Assembly (NCBI RefSeq): GCF_964204645.1
Contig: NC_134026.1
Span: 24,090,150 to 24,154,149, forward strand
Length of the DNA: 64,000 nt
Direction of reading: 5' to 3'
Origin: Tubulanus polymorphus
Lineage: Eukaryota; Animalia; Nemertea
Under the pieces are notes generated by a model that saw nothing but the letters and a program-made list of their open reading frames with translations, ran no database searches and was not told the origin of the DNA. This document shows positions 13,378-28,590 of this stretch, one piece after another. The position numbers were made by a program, and so were the translations under genes. Every line of letters starts with the position of its first letter. Position 1 is the first letter of the stretch.

Positions 13378-16300
13378 TTTCTACGTAGGAGTAGTAGAGA
13401 AATGTTACATAATGTTGTGGTGTCTGGTTGTATTGCACTTTCTAGTTCACTCAATTTTCATATCTCAGGAATTTGCACTGTTTTTTGTTTGTTGCAAGAT
13501 GGAACCTCTTAATGCAAATTGACATCAACTGCCATTGATTTAGCCTATCAGGTTATTTTCTGTAAAATTTATTTACAAAATTTATACCTTCTTTCACATT
13601 CTACTAAGCTTAAAAAGTTGACCCGGCCAGCCGCCTATATTCCCTGTACATAAGTTTTTTGTTAAATCATGATCATGCTAACCATAACATACCTGGCAGC
13701 TATAGAAATGAACGAATTACGAATTTCATTGCATTATACAAATTAAAATGACCCGATTAAGAAGAAACAAGGAATAATTTTTTAGCCTGAATATGGAAAA
13801 ATTGTTCAATATTTTTTCATTTATTCGGGATGAAATTATATTGGTCACTACTGATAAAAATCAAACTGGCCTACTACTGGACTGTTTATACTTACTGGGG
13901 TAGCCTATTATTTTTACTTTCCCTGTTTTTAATAATTATTGTGTCACAAGCGATGTTAAGATTTACTTAATTTTTGCCAGTGTTTTCTCGGTTGAGCATG
14001 TTAGAAATAACTGTTGAAATTGTTAGAGTTTGCATAAACGATTGAATTGTTTTCGACTTACAGGAAATCAAGTTTACAATGGGGCTTGGAATTGAAAACG
14101 ATCTCTACGGTGCTAAAACTGTTAGAAATTCAATACCCGGCGCAGATTTCATAGGACTTAATATATCATTATTGCCAACAGTATTGCGTTACTATGACTA
14201 ATGGAACTTTAAGTCATTCTGTGAAACCGGCCCCTTGTTCCTCATAAACAGCTGATTTTATGTGCTCATAGCATCTGTCTGTCTTCAAACAATAGATATA
14301 TGTATGTCTAATGTGTTGTCCTCTATGCAAACATGATTCTTGCCTTAGATGCTTCTGTCCAAAGATTTGAATGTTTTAGAATCAGTATTCTAATTAATTG
14401 ATTTACATTTTAATGTATTGAATATTCATTGTGTACTTTTCTTCATCTTAAAAATGTATTTTTACAGCGTTGTGATTGATTTGGATTTTTCATTAAGGTC
14501 AATATGTCACTTATGATTCACAATTAAAATTAGTATTTAATTTCCGAGTAAATGAAGTTAACATAATGAATAATATCAGATATTCGCTTGTTCTTTCGTT
14601 CAAATCTTAAAGGGATCTATAGATCTAGGGATCTATAGATCTAGGGGTCTATGTTGAGGCAGCTCTGCTACTATCACTTTCATGGTAGTAATCTTTTTGA
14701 TTGATCAAGCATATTGCACCAAAGCACATCTGGAGCTAGAGCTCTTAAAATTGATTTTCTATTGGGGGTCGAAAGAGGAAAACATAACGGGACACGGCCA
14801 CATATGGCAGTGAATTAAATATTCCATAATCCCGTGGCTTGTCTGTCGATCAAACTTGGAAATGAGCCAACAAGAAATTTTCCATAGAGATAGCAACACC
14901 CTTTTCCCAGACCTGCCACCTACACAGAAATCTTATCTCTAAGAATAGCCGACACTGATGATCTTTTTAACATCGGGCCATTTTTAGGTAAAGAACATAT
15001 TTCAATCGTTCATCAGTGGTGTCTATCCTTTAGTTTGAAACATTCAAATAATCAAGTCATTGATTTGTGTTATTTTAACAATGCTCTTCAAGATGAATAT
15101 TTTATTCTTTCACAGCGACAGATGATATAATTATCCGAATTAACTCACTTTTATACTTCAATGTTTTACCATCATGAACGTATGTAAATAAATATTAAAC
15201 CACTCTATTAGGTCTCTACACATGTTTCAACAACTTCGCATACAGAATTTACACTAAGTTCTTCAAGCAAACACAAAATTCGGCATTTCATCAAACCAGT
15301 AAGTGTAAATGACCACCCTTGAAAAAAATAACCTAACCTACGATTCAAATTCCTTTTAGTAAGAAATTGAAAATTTCTTCATTACCAGTCCATCGTTAAT
15401 AATTGGAGATCATTATATTTCGGTACAAATTAAAAGAATACCACATATAACAGGTAACCACTTAAGCCTTGAAGATGTTATATGTTCATTATATATTCTT
15501 CCAAACCTATCAAATCAGTCAAAATTATCCTTTTTTAGCAGGAACCCATTCCAAAAAGAAGTGTAACTTGAAATCAAAATGTGAAAAAATGAGGAGTTAA
15601 TGGACTTATATTACCTAATTCAAAACACTAACCGATCCACAATACTGTAACTATGAATACACTGTATACAGTTTTATTCTATAAAAAAGTCAAGGCCCAG
15701 TTTTGCAGTTGTGGAAATTATTTCAATGGAGTTACTGAAAAATGAAATTATTTATTCTCTGCCAGGTAAATCACATCTATGGTTGAAACGGGTTCAGTAA
15801 GCGATGAGCCTGTAACATATTCTATACTGCTCTAAGCTTCTACTCGAGTTTATTTTTGAGACAACACCAACCCACAAGTGTTGAAAGAAGTTTACATCAG
15901 ATTATTAAAAAGATGGGACTCAAAGCAACATCCTTACAATACAATGAGTCTATCAATGATGATAATATTACGTGTTCGAAACAACATTAGGTATCTGATG
16001 GTCAAAAAAAATAAAGAAAATAAAGGTACTATTTACAAGTGCGCCAACGAAAATATACTACAGGTACCAACATCATCCAGAAAACCACGATACAATGGAA
16101 ATTGACATCAAACACGTACCAAATAACAGTACATAAATGCACACAATTGCCTCACCATTTAATGTTTATACATGTAATTATTATTAGTAACTGTCTTCTG
16201 TGAGACAAAACCATCATTGAAAGCTGGAATATTATTCATTAGATTACAATCAAGTACGTCACATACAGTAATTTACGAACAATCGAAACGACATATCTTT

Positions 16301-18368
16301 AGTATACACTACCTACAAACTATAAGAATTTGGAGAGTAAGGTTCTTGATATAACGCAATTCATATTTTCTAGTTTGTGAATAACTGCATATTCCTAATA
16401 TTTTGTGCTATAGAATTAAATTCTTACATACATCGTGTATATAGTCGTTTAAACTGCAATGCACATACAACATACAGAAAATCCAAATCTTTTACAGAGC
16501 ACAACCACCAAGAACCTACGAAGCAGTGTTTTATTCATTCAGTTGATACATTACATGCAACTGCATTAATTTAGTTGTTACCTCGTATAATACGTTAGAT
16601 GTAAGATGCATATACGTGCAAATAACACCAGATAATTCCGAACCAAAGGAAAACACAAAAATTACTTGAATGAAATTGGTTCATAAGCTTATTATGTAGC
16701 TCTTTTAAACAGATTACAATGAATGATTTTTGACAGAAAAGGAAAATATATCGGTTTTTTTAAGTCTGGTGTCTTTTGTGTACTATCAAGAGGCATGGTG
16801 ATATAAATTATTAACCACATCAAAAATCACTTCCATTTATCAAAAAGGTGTTTGAACCAATTAACCATTTATAACTTTAATTTGACACAAGCAAATCATT
16901 CAGATATATCTTGTTTTATGCATGGAATAAAAAGAGTGAGTACCAGTAAATAAACTAAATATCTAACTTGATAGCTTATCAATCATAAATGTGATAATAT
17001 TTACATGTACACAAAAAACTAAGCAAAATCAGCAGCTACCTAACTGCCATAACCATATTTTCATCGAGCATTTTGTGCAATCGATTAAAAAGGTATTGTC
17101 CTCAATATCTTATGGCCTGATAAAAAATTACTACAACTTGAAGTGCGTTACATATAACATATAATGAGTTGTACAATGAATTAATTATTTACATACACAA
17201 TCTACACAGGAAAACCATCTCAGAAATAAGCCTCTTAATGGCACCCATTTTTTCTTTTTTTTTTCTTTCTTACATTTTTACGTATATATCGAAGTTGCAT
17301 TTCGTACTGTACAAACATTTTTTTTGAGTTGAATAATATCCAGCTTAAAGGAATACAAATTTTGAGTTCACCATCAAAATTGGAACAAAATTGTACTTTT
17401 TGTCCATTTCATTCACGAAATGTGGTAATGATTGACCACTCGTCGAAACCACTTATTTGAAAGACAATTTTCTACATACAATATGAACTGGTATGTTTTT
17501 TGACGACAACTAGCTATTTATCAGTACAACATTGTATTTTATTCTATTATTCCATACACAAGTTCGAGATAAAAGTGTGAAAAAGAGCTAGAAAATATTG
17601 TTACTTTATTACGTCATACACAGACCAACAATTAGCACAATAAAATTAACTTAATGACACGAATGATATCACATTTACTTAATTTCAATTGTCCAGTGAT
17701 GCACGGAATGGACAAAAATTTGTAAATAACAGAAATGAAAGCCTAATTATAAATGTTCACCGATTCTACTTGCCCCAAGGCTTGAAATTAAATCAACACA
17801 CAAGTGCATTAAGTACATTATAACGTCAAATGATGGGAAATTGAAGGAAATATTCTGATTAATTAGTACATCTCGAACCAGTCAATGAGTAATCACATAA
17901 ATAGTAACACAATAGAGGTAGTTTTATGTCAAGTTAACTCTAAATGACGGTTCTTCCTAACTCTAAATTCCAATACCGGGGTGATATGTAAACTCAGAAA
18001 AGAAAGATACCCATTGAATAATGTCTTCAGTTGTCTGTCTAACCAAGCACATCCGTGAAGTTTTTCTATTGAATATCAAACGAATTGTAAATGCCGGATA
18101 TCTGTTCGATAGTTAATATAAGATAATCATATATGCATTTAGAATAAGCATAAGAATCCATGGAAAAAAATATAAATGAAACTCTTTTTTCAAGTTATTA
18201 CAAACAGAATATGTTTACATCATTTTATATCATTTTATATCATTATGACACGCAATCAAATCGTTCAAACTTCAATCACATATTTCCACATTTACGAAGT
18301 AACATCATACCAAACACAAGTTATTAATGTAAATCATTATATTTTGCACTCAGTGCTTTGTTAGTGCA

Positions 18369-21300
18369 CTAGGTAACGACCTGCTGACGTCTTTCAATTT
18401 CATCTACAGTCATCACGCGTTGTCCTGGTGCGGGTAACGGAGGCATATTCGGTAGCTGTTGTTTTAACAAATCCATACCAAACCATTTCGTCAGATTTGA
18501 GTCCGTCATATTCGGACTTGCGGCTTTTGGATACACACCCGGTGACAGTGGCCCATTTCTACCATCTGAAAAAGAAATTAAGGAAAATACAATAGTCATA
18601 AGCGAATACTTGAACTCACAGGGTATTTTGACTATACTTCATACTCATAAGTCAATGAGGAAATAGATACTGACGATATAAGTTACTTACCAGCAACAAA
18701 TTGAGAATGAATCTGAGGCTGAGGTGAAAGAGATCGATTGTTCATATTCGGCACACCGAGAGCATTTGGTGAATTAGGAAGGAGACCAGCGCGCTGTCCA
18801 GGAACTAAGTTAGGATAGACACCACGTACTGGCATTCTCGGATCGATAGTTCTCTGCTGTTGCTGTTGAATTGTAGCCAGTGGATTTAAGTTCATATTCA
18901 TCTGATTTTGAAGTGCATTTACTGTAAAATTCATTACAATAAACATTTTTAATTCAATATACATTGTACACAAATTTCAACTAATCAAGCTGAATGAACA
19001 TCGTTGTAAATCTTACCTCTGGCAGCAGCAGCAACAATTGCATTTTGCTGGGTCATGCCTGCTTGCATCATCTGTTGAACTAGAAGTGCATTAGCAGCGG
19101 CTGGGTTCACTATGGCTGGCCGTGTTCCTTGCATCGGTAAACGACCGGCTATTGGTGAAAGGAATGGAGGCGTCGTCGTGTTTGGAAGATGAGGCATGTT
19201 TGGCGGCGTTCGTAGATTATTCATATTTGGTGACTTGGGACATTCGTTTTGTCGTTCATTAGGGGTTGAAGGAACAGCAGCGGCAGCAGTGCCGCTACCT
19301 CCTGCACGTACATTCATTTCATTACCCACTGATAGCGGGCTGTTTTGAGGTGCAGAAACAGTTGGCTGATTCGCAGCTGAAAAACAAATACCTGCACCAT
19401 TTATATCTTCAAGTCATGTCTTCATTCATTTCATTATACTCCATTTGGTTATCTTGTTAGCAATTCAAGACAGATGTTAGTTTAAAAGGCTTTAATTGAA
19501 TATTTAGAAGGCAAATATAACTATGAGATATGGTCAAGAACAGTGCCTCTTAACTCAAAATCCCATACCTGTTGCCTTCATTATAGGCCGTCCTTGTTGA
19601 GACACAAGCGCATTCATTACACCTTGTCCAACTAATGGCCGTCCAGGAATATGTTGCGGACTGACAGGAAGCTGATCTTTCGTCATAATCAGTCGGGGCG
19701 GACTAAGATTTGAATCGTCCAATGACCGAATTTGCTGCTGGAACTGGGGCAAAAGTTGTTGGTTCATCATGTCGATATCTGAAATCAATTGTTGAACAAA
19801 AATCCCTTTACGCCTGAAAATTTGCTAGTTGAATCCAAGAGGTCAACTGCTCAAGTGCTAACATTATACATTAAATACATTGAATGACTTGATGCGAACT
19901 TGAGCAACTGAAGTAAAAGTTATAGTAGCCGTAATAGTAAGGTCTCGCAAGCAAAAACCTTTCTTTACCCGATTCCTCTCTCATCTTCTTCTCTGAAGCC
20001 ATTTTCATAATGACAGATGTAGGAGTGAATGCAGCAGATACACTCTGCGTAGTCGAAGCAACTGGCGTAGTAGGTACTTCGCCCGGTAGTCTCATTGGAT
20101 TCGGTGATTTTCTGTAAATATCAGAATTATAACTTAACCTATTCTTTCTTACTACTATTGGGAATGATTTCCATGAGAAATGATAAAAAAATGATACAGC
20201 CGATTACATGTACATCTTTATATTTCCAACGAGAAACATAAGCAGTTTAATTTCATATGCCTACCGGTTCGGTTCATGTTGTTGTTGTTTCTTGATGAAT
20301 CGTTCTTTCTGATCTTCCAACTGTTTCTTAATAAGAGCATTTTGCATGATCGCCTGCGTATGGAAAACTAACTCCTGTGGAGATGGAACTCGTGGTAAAA
20401 CTGATGGTCGTAATGACGTCGGCGAACCCTGAATATGAACGCACAAAACCCATCAATTTCTATCAGCAAACAAGAGTAACCAAATCCAAACTTTGCCGAA
20501 TTGACTTGGAAGAGTTTAAAACATGAATACTTACAGGTGTAACTTGAAGAGTGTTGACTGAAAGGTTAGCTGTTGGAGAAGCAGTAGTTGACTGTGTTGG
20601 ATGTATAGGTGAAGGTGCACTCAAATGCATTGGTGGTTGAGTTCCGAACACTGAAAGTTAACACAAAATATCCCACCAACTTAACCTCTTAAAATTGTAA
20701 TGGTCATCATGACCGGTAGAGTGTAAATGATGAATATACTTACTGATAGGTGAAGGAGCTCTAGGGGATGAAGGCTGTTGTAACAGTATATTTGGTGACG
20801 GTACATTAGGTGTTGTTGGCTGTTGTTGCTGTGGTACATTAACGACTGGTGATGCTGGCTTCGTTATGATCGTTGGTTTATTCTTTATAATATTTTTCAG
20901 CATCTCTTGTTGTTGTTGATGCTGTAACAATTTTGCTTGGATTTGTTGCAGTTGTTTTTGCTGTTGATTTTGCTCCTGCATCTGGCGTTGTTTTTGTTCT
21001 TGCATTTGACATTGTTGCTGTTCCTGCATCTGTCTGTGTTGTTCATGCAGCTGACGCTGTTGCTGTTCCTGCATTTGACGTTGTTGCACCTGCATTTGAC
21101 GTTGTTGCTCCTGAATCTGGCGCTGTTGTTGGGTCCGTAATAATTCCTAGAATAAACGAAGCGATACGATAGTAATGAGCAAGATCAGTAACTAATAATC
21201 GGCAACTTTCAAGATAAGCGATGCCTTACTTGTAACATATCTTTCTGTGGTGCCTGCTGAGGTTGATGTAAAGAAGGGTCTGATCTGGCCTGTTGTTGTT

Positions 21301-24300
21301 GGGGAGTCATTATAGTAACTGGGACTGGTTTATGCTATAACAAAAAGAAAACATTATAAACAGTTAATTAATCCAAGATTGATGAATCTACCTAACCGAA
21401 TTAGCTACTTACCGGTGCTTGTGGAGAATTCGGCAAAGAACCACTAGCTTTCATCAATCCCAGGAGTTTGTTAAATGCGGTCATATCTTCATTTGAGGGC
21501 TGTTGTTGAGGAGTGTGTTGCTGTGGTTTCATAGGTGTAGATGATACGCCTGCCTCGAGTTCGGCGAGTGTTTTTATACGATCAGTCGGTACACCTGGAA
21601 TTGAAGCTGTGAATTGAAGACCAAGATTAAAACAACATCGAACACACAAAATAATACAGAGATTATAGTACAGAGTGGCCACTTTTATTTGACTTGCTTT
21701 TTCCCTGACATGCACATTGTTTTTCCTGACTCCATCTGCTAAGAATCCAATCAATTAACACAGTCAAATACTTGACTGTTTTATTTCACTTGCGATCTAG
21801 CAATATCAACAAATTTCCTCGTCTCTTAGCTTATTCTATTTTTGGACAAAATTCCCTCACTATTCCCAGACTTTTTTAAAGAAAAGAAAATTCTGACTTT
21901 TCACTGATTTCCAAGTAAATGGCCACCCTGTAGTAGTGGATAAATTAGCGATAATATAGTGGATGTATCAAATTGATCCAATAAACCTAATAAAGGATCC
22001 AGTTCCATTTTCATGAACTCAGGAAACCACCTATTGAATTTTAGATGATAAGACAAAAATTTTCTTGCTGAAGACAACTCAACTCAGTGACTTCCATAGT
22101 ATCAAACTAATGAGTAAGGCAAAAGTCTACTGAGCATTTTAAAGAATTTCTAAATCTTTGCTGGTCTACAATCATCGATATGTTCCATATATCATCGCTC
22201 ATAAGTAAAAATCCACACATAAACAACACCGATGATGAATGAGAATGTCAAATATAAACCCTTAATTGTGCATCAACTTAAATTCTTTTATGTCATAATA
22301 TTTGATCAATGAATTGAATGGTAAAACGCTTGTGAAAAAAATCAAATAAACTTCAGATTGCAACATAAAAAGCTTAGCCAACTAAACTTACAACATGCAA
22401 GATAAAATATGTGATCAACAATCACAATAAGTGAAAAGTGTATAAATAGTGTTTGAAAAAGTGTTAAATTCTGCAGGACATTTGATATGGGACTTGATAT
22501 GACTTGATGATACCAGTTGAGTTGGTACCATATATAGCCAGATATAACAGCTAAGTATTGAACCTAGACATTTTCTTGAAAAGGGACTGACTTCAAAGGT
22601 ATCTTAAGATTTTATGTACAATTTAATGGAGATGTCACTTCACTAATAGCGATATAGGATAAAGAATTTTCAGTTTTTAAACCACAGAATATAGAAAATC
22701 CTCAGATGAAGCTCAATAATTTTGGCCCGAGATATTCATTTTCAAGACTCTAGGCCATACTCACTTTCTTGTATGCTGTCAAGTCTATATCGGTTTCCTT
22801 TAAGGAATATATGGATAGCATTCAATCATATGTATTTCATTAGTGCGCAAACAAATTGTTCAGATATTTGGTGAGTTTCTATACACAGGGAATCTAAACC
22901 GATTTCGAAATCATCTTTGCCAATCAAAAAATACTATTACATAGTGCAACTGCACATGCTCCATAGGAAATAACAATACATAGGCTAAATTCTGATAAAA
23001 TCAGACTGGTTACAACAATACCATAACACAAGGATTTTTAGTCATTTCAACAATTGTTCATTCAATATTGGAAGTGTTTAGTCATACGTAGCCTTAACAA
23101 TTGAAATGAAATTTTATAAGATACTTACTGATAACAGGACGCTGTTGCTGTTGTGAAATTTCAGGTTTCTTGCCGGAAAACAGTAGTGCCTTCAAATCAG
23201 CCTCCATTGCCGATGCTGTGACTGCAATTTAAGAAGTTCCGTGATGAAAATAAACCTTATATATTGTATCGATTTGTGGCCATGTAAAAAAAATGTGTTC
23301 TCTGTAACTCCGAAACAATGTGTAGTGATGCTTACCTTTATCCCTATCCGAAAGTCTTGACATGTGTGTTTGATGAGATGGAGGAGGTACGTGTAAATTT
23401 GGTTTATTGTTCATCATCATCATCTCAAACAGTGACTGCTGTTGTTGTTGTTGTTGATCTTCGATATTTGGAATTGGCGAAAACATACCTGGCGGATCTG
23501 AAGGCGATGGAATTGTAGGACTTCGGTGGCCACCAACGATGTCCGAAAATGAAAGATCTAAAAAAGAATTCATATGGGCCTCAAAACTGTTCTGCTAACG
23601 GATGAAGTATTCTAATAGGCTACACTTAGCTACATTTAGTAAGCAAAAGTTTCATACACCCGTTTTTGCTTTACGAAACATTTAACTCACTAATTACTTA
23701 GCAAGCATAGAATATAACTTTTAGTCGTATAATGTCCCAACTCGTTTAATACTCGATTAAAGATAACTAACCATGTAGATAATTATAGTCATCAGTAAAT
23801 GAAGATCTACGGCTACCATTTCTACTGTTATGAGGGCTATTAGTTTGAAACCATCGAGTGAATCGACTTCCACTTTGAGGCACAGTTGCTTCACTTTCCA
23901 CCGTAGGGTTACTCTACAGATAATTATAATACAGATAATCATTTTACAATGCCATGAAAAAGTCCCCTGTTTAGAATAAATTTTTGAATGAAATCTAAAA
24001 GTTTATGATCCTAGAAGAAAGTAGAACAAAATGTATTGGAGAATGTGCTCACACCAAGTCCTGGAATGGTCTCGAGGTTGAAAAATGCGTTAAAGTCAAA
24101 GTCAGGTCCATTAGGTGCTTGTTCTTGTTGCAGTTCAGCTTTATCAGATGAAGCTGGAGTCGATGGTTTTTCCGGCGTTGTTGATCTAGCTTCATCCAAT
24201 GAACTACTGTCATTGGTTGCAACGCTCTCACCATGCCCAGTGCGAGCTTGTTTTTCTGAGGCTTTTGTCGCGGACACATCTGTGAAAATATGTAGCATAT

Positions 24301-25862
24301 TTTTAAACAAAATCTTTAACGATGATATAAAGGAAGTTATGTACTTCATACTACAGCTATTCCTGAAAATACAGAACATCCACATCACTGACTGACCTGC
24401 ATCACTACCATTTTCAGTTTTCTCATCATAGACTGGGTCCTCAAATCCCCTCAGCTCAATAGTCTCTAGCTGGTTTGTGGGGCCACTAGTAAACCATTCA
24501 GGCTGTTCCTCCTCACGACGCCTTACAGGACGACGACCTGTTGATTGAAATCAATAAATTGTCAGATTTCAAAATTTACAAAAAAACTGAGCATAATTTG
24601 CACTATCTATAGTTTCTACTCACTACTAAATCGCCGATCCTCATATTCAGATCGTTGACCCTGTAATTGAGAGTTACAAAACATGAATGAAATGACTGTA
24701 TGTATGATAAAATACAATACACCATAGTATTGTCAAACTTAACATATCTATTAACACAACACATACCCGCCTAGTGTCCCTACTGTCTCGATCATGTTCA
24801 TCACTGTCTCGGCTATCTCTGCGATATCTTTCGAATCTCCTCTCATTGAATCGATCCGAACGGAAATCACGATCCCGGTCTCGATCCATCGCCAAACGGC
24901 CACTACCGATACGTCTGTCCGGGTTACGTCGATCCCTTGAAAATGCACAAACAAATAGAATCGTGAAATTTCACCAAAAACTCTGCGAGTTTCATCACCT
25001 TAGCAAAAATTGAGATTGATAAGGAAATGACGTACAGTCAAATTAGGTGCAGAATAGAGTTATAAGATCAGATTTCTAAAGGAATCTTTAACCAGAAATC
25101 AAGAGGGTAAAACAATGTGATAATTTACTGCTACCTTTCAACAGGTTCTCTATATTCCATCGGACTGCTCGGACGACGCTGCTGAGATGATGTGGTCACG
25201 TGACACCCGGTGCCAAAACTTTTCCGCTGAGGACTGAGGATGATGCCATCTCTTTCTTCTCTAATACGCTCTTTTGGGTCTGCAGGAATTAATTGTTACA
25301 ATTGTTTGAGTGAGTTGAGGTACTTTTGAACCAGTCGGAAAGGTACTGCTGGTACCTAAGTGATTTTACTCTTACCGATTGCGCGTCTAGTGAAGTCTCT
25401 GTCGAGGTCAGCCGGACGTCTCTTCTCTCTGCTCGGAACGGTAACAGGTGAATCACCGTGAGGAACGTGGAACGATCGGATCCATTTCTCAGGATCCCAA
25501 TAACCATCAGACCTGAAATTAATTCAACCTTCACATGAGGACCATGAAAACACGTACCCGGTAAACACTGCATGTGTTCGATAGTAGTAAAACTTACGTA
25601 TCAAATTCAATCGAAAGCTCGGCTGGTCTCGTTTTTGAAGCAGGGACCTCTGACAGATCAATCAACTTCCCCTGTATTAATTCAAAATGTTCAATGAATA
25701 AATTCATTTCCTATCATTACCTGCTATCACAGCGCTAATCTTATTTGGACAATGACTAACCCTGGAGTACATGTGCTCTGGCAATGGCCCATCAGAATCT
25801 GCAGTTTCTTCAGTTTCAATAGGAACATTTCCAGCTTCATCTTTATCTTCGGCCTTCTCCAT
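18369..25862 (-). CDS. EIF4ENIF1: eIF4E transporter 4E-T (multi-exon)
   Basis: ATG at 25862. The eIF4E-binding motif YSR|GKLI is split by an intron. Also DGYWDPEKW, DPKERIREERDGIILSPQRKSFGTGCHV, EEQPEWFTSGPTNQLETIELRGF, RVPSPQELVFHTQAIMQNALIKKQLEDQKERF, AFTPTSVIMKM and LTKWFG...VMTVDEIE. Probable 5'UTR exons extend towards ~29.9 kb. Confidence 0.93.
20900..21132 (-). repeat. Coding Gln-rich tandem repeat (QQRQMQE-like, 21-24 nt unit) in 4E-T
   Basis: Repeated cctgcatttgacgttgttg-like units translating to QEQQRQMQVQQRQMQEQQQRQLHEQHRQMQEQ... Confidence 0.85.
21671..21930. mobile_element. MITE with TA flanks (Tc1/mariner-like) in a 4E-T intron
   Basis: ta|cagagtggccac ... atggccaccctg|ta: imperfect TIRs with TA on both sides. 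Confidence 0.6.
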
Positions 25863-27834
25863 AGCACTCTAGGAATATCAATTTATACTTATAACATGCA
25901 TACAGATATTGGTAACATACTAATGGTGACTAATCTTTCAAAATTTTCATAGGAATCGTAATATCTTAATTGCAATCATCGCGGAAATTCGTTTCTTAAA
26001 TTTTCATGTAGGTTTTCAAGCGAATGGCACAAAAATTTAACACATCAAGTTTCACTGATCAAGAATTAATCACTACGCTAACGACAACAAATAATAATAG
26101 ACTTCACCAACATAATTTGACACCTATCCAGGCAAGTTACATTATAACCGCCGATAGCTGGAACCAGGCATCTATTACTCTTTTGAACTCCATATATGGT
26201 CAAATGATAAATCATTACCTTTCCTTTGCCCTATCATCATAAAAACTATCGAATCCAAAAGGGCAGCCTATGTTATAACACAGTTCAACACCTTTAGACA
26301 GTCCACAGAATGGACACCTCAGGTCACTAATTTGAATATCACGTTTAATCCAGTCTTCACATAACTAAATTGCGATCAAGTACTTCCTTTTATCGGCCAC
26401 AACGATATGTAAGTTCATTTATCAACTCAACTGCGGCATTATCATAAATGACGCCCGCTACGTAGGTATTGTTTTAAACATCATATCCGAGTATATTACA
26501 AGACAATATCATAGAGAATTTGCCATGTGTGTCATATGAGCCATGCTCATTGCTGTTACACAGGCCGCTCGCTCGCGAGACAGCCGCATTGCTATTTATA
26601 GACATCTGACATTTAAGGCGAAATGTTGTAGTTTTTCTTATCATTTTTGTGATATGAAGAGTGCATTCTCACACAAGCGCGCTGGCGATTTAACACAATG
26701 AGACGTTTTGCAATCCGTCCTAATGATCTACATACGCACTCATGATTGAATACCAGTTCAATATTCAGTCTGTAGATATCTGATCAGACAAAAAGCCAAC
26801 TAAACACATAATCGGAATTGAAAAAATAATCTTAGAGCCAAGGAGAAATGCATTTTTTTGTAGGCTATCATCTTTGAACACCAAGATTATCAACATCAGC
26901 TCAACAATAATTACTCTTAAGGTAGTCCTAACATTCAATTTAACAAGACTAATATCAGGTCATTCATATTTCAATCATATGATAAATTTCTTAAATGAAA
27001 CTATATGTTTCCTGTTCTGATTTAATAAGCAAGGACACCAAAGAACTCCAATTTTATCACAAGTATCGCATCATCACTGAGTCAGGACCTACTCACAAGA
27101 AGGGCCTGGTCAGGAATGGTGAAATAGAGTAGCCGCTAAAATTAATGTAATTTCAGGACCAGCAGGTTCAGGAAATGTCATTGAATACGGCTGTTTGTCA
27201 TTCAATATGGCTAGATAATATAACAAGAAAACTAAACCTCAATATTTATTGACCTTGAAAAATAATATATAAATTGCTTAAAACAGTGTTCTCCACAACA
27301 GGTTTTAGGGGTCCAGCCACCCCCTTTATGTTTACAACAAGCCCTCTGAAAATCTGCCACCCGTTATCTTCTGCCTATACCACAGTGAAGATTCTATCAA
27401 TATATTGATATTAATTGCTTTGAAATAAATAGAGCTAATGTGTTAGGCTAAAAAGAAGATTGCACCAAAATTAAGCTTGAAAATTTTGTATTTTTTGGAT
27501 GGAAAGCCTTGCTACTTCCGCAGCTATGTCATCATACACCCAACAATGAATGCAGCCCCTTTAAATTTCCAGCATGGTGATTACTGCAAAATATTGTTGG
27601 AGATGAAGAACTCGATGACAAAGATCAAATATCAGGCGAGATTTAACGAATATGATACCAGAACTGTACCACAGTTAATCCTGGCCCGACATTCGTGGTA
27701 CATCAACAATTTGATATAATCTAATTGACCAGCATCCTAGCCTCAATGCTGATACTTAAAATAAATTCATTATTCATAAGACATGAAATATCATGAAATG
27801 GAAAATGAAGGGTTCTGTGGTTCTGTTAATGCAA

Positions 27835-28590
27835 TGCCCACAAAAAACCAATGACCTTGAAACTCGCCACAATAATAAAAATAGCAATGATCTAAAACTT
27901 TGCTATTGACAGTGATTACCAAATAAGCATAGGTAACAATATAAATTGTCAATTACGCAATCAATATTAACCTCCTCTGATGGTGAAAACAATATACTGG
28001 GTAATCGTTTGACAAGAATCGTCTAGATTGGCAATGAGTCTCCAAGACTCACAGCTGAAAAAGTGTAAATGTAAATGTAATCCCAAATCCAATATGAGGT
28101 GTAAAGCTGCTGGGGGCGTCAAAATCGAATGAGCTAAAAACCTGTCTGATATGTTAAGGTCTTAATTTCAATGTAATATGACAAACCATGTAGAAGAAAC
28201 CTCCCCTTACTGAGACAAGCCAACTGAAGACTTGCCTAACTCGAGACAAAATGAAATTTTTGTGACATGCTGGGAACGTATTCTCTTATTAACTTGGGAC
28301 GATTTTGCTGGTCCCAGTTCACCTGAGTCAAACAGGCTTTACAGTAGTAAGCTAGAGGCAAGAATTCAGACCTATAATTACCTTTTATGAACAAAAAAGG
28401 TCTCAAGATGGCTATCTTGTTTCCAATCGACAAAATCTTTTCTTGCAAATTGCAAGACCGAGAGGGGAATACACAATACATACTTAGGCTCAAGACAATT
28501 GATTAAAGCGTCTTCAAAACTTCAACAATGCGCAAAGAGCTTATTTAGCCAAATAATAATGGGCACAAGTCTGCCATCTTTATTCCGATC
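27835..28590 (+). mobile_element. Degenerate fragments of the same HINE-like family as 5058-6316
   Basis: aaaaccaatgaccttgaaactc...ataggtaacaatat at ~27845-27940 matches the 154-bp unit. caagatggct, gcgtcttcaaaactt and gccatctt at 28404-28580 match the non-repetitive part. Confidence 0.5.

Noticed and set aside
14611-14655. Short tandem gggatctatagatcta repeats (also a duplication at ~42578-42640)
   Set aside because: Ordinary local slippage duplications with no supporting functional context.
14950-15020. ctgatga as a hammerhead core or snoRNA C box
   Set aside because: No correctly placed GAAA with helices I-III, and no D box with a terminal stem.
20933-21172. Hydrophobic plus-strand ORFs (poly-Leu/Val/Ala)
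   Set aside because: Antisense shadows of the 4E-T polyQ exon.
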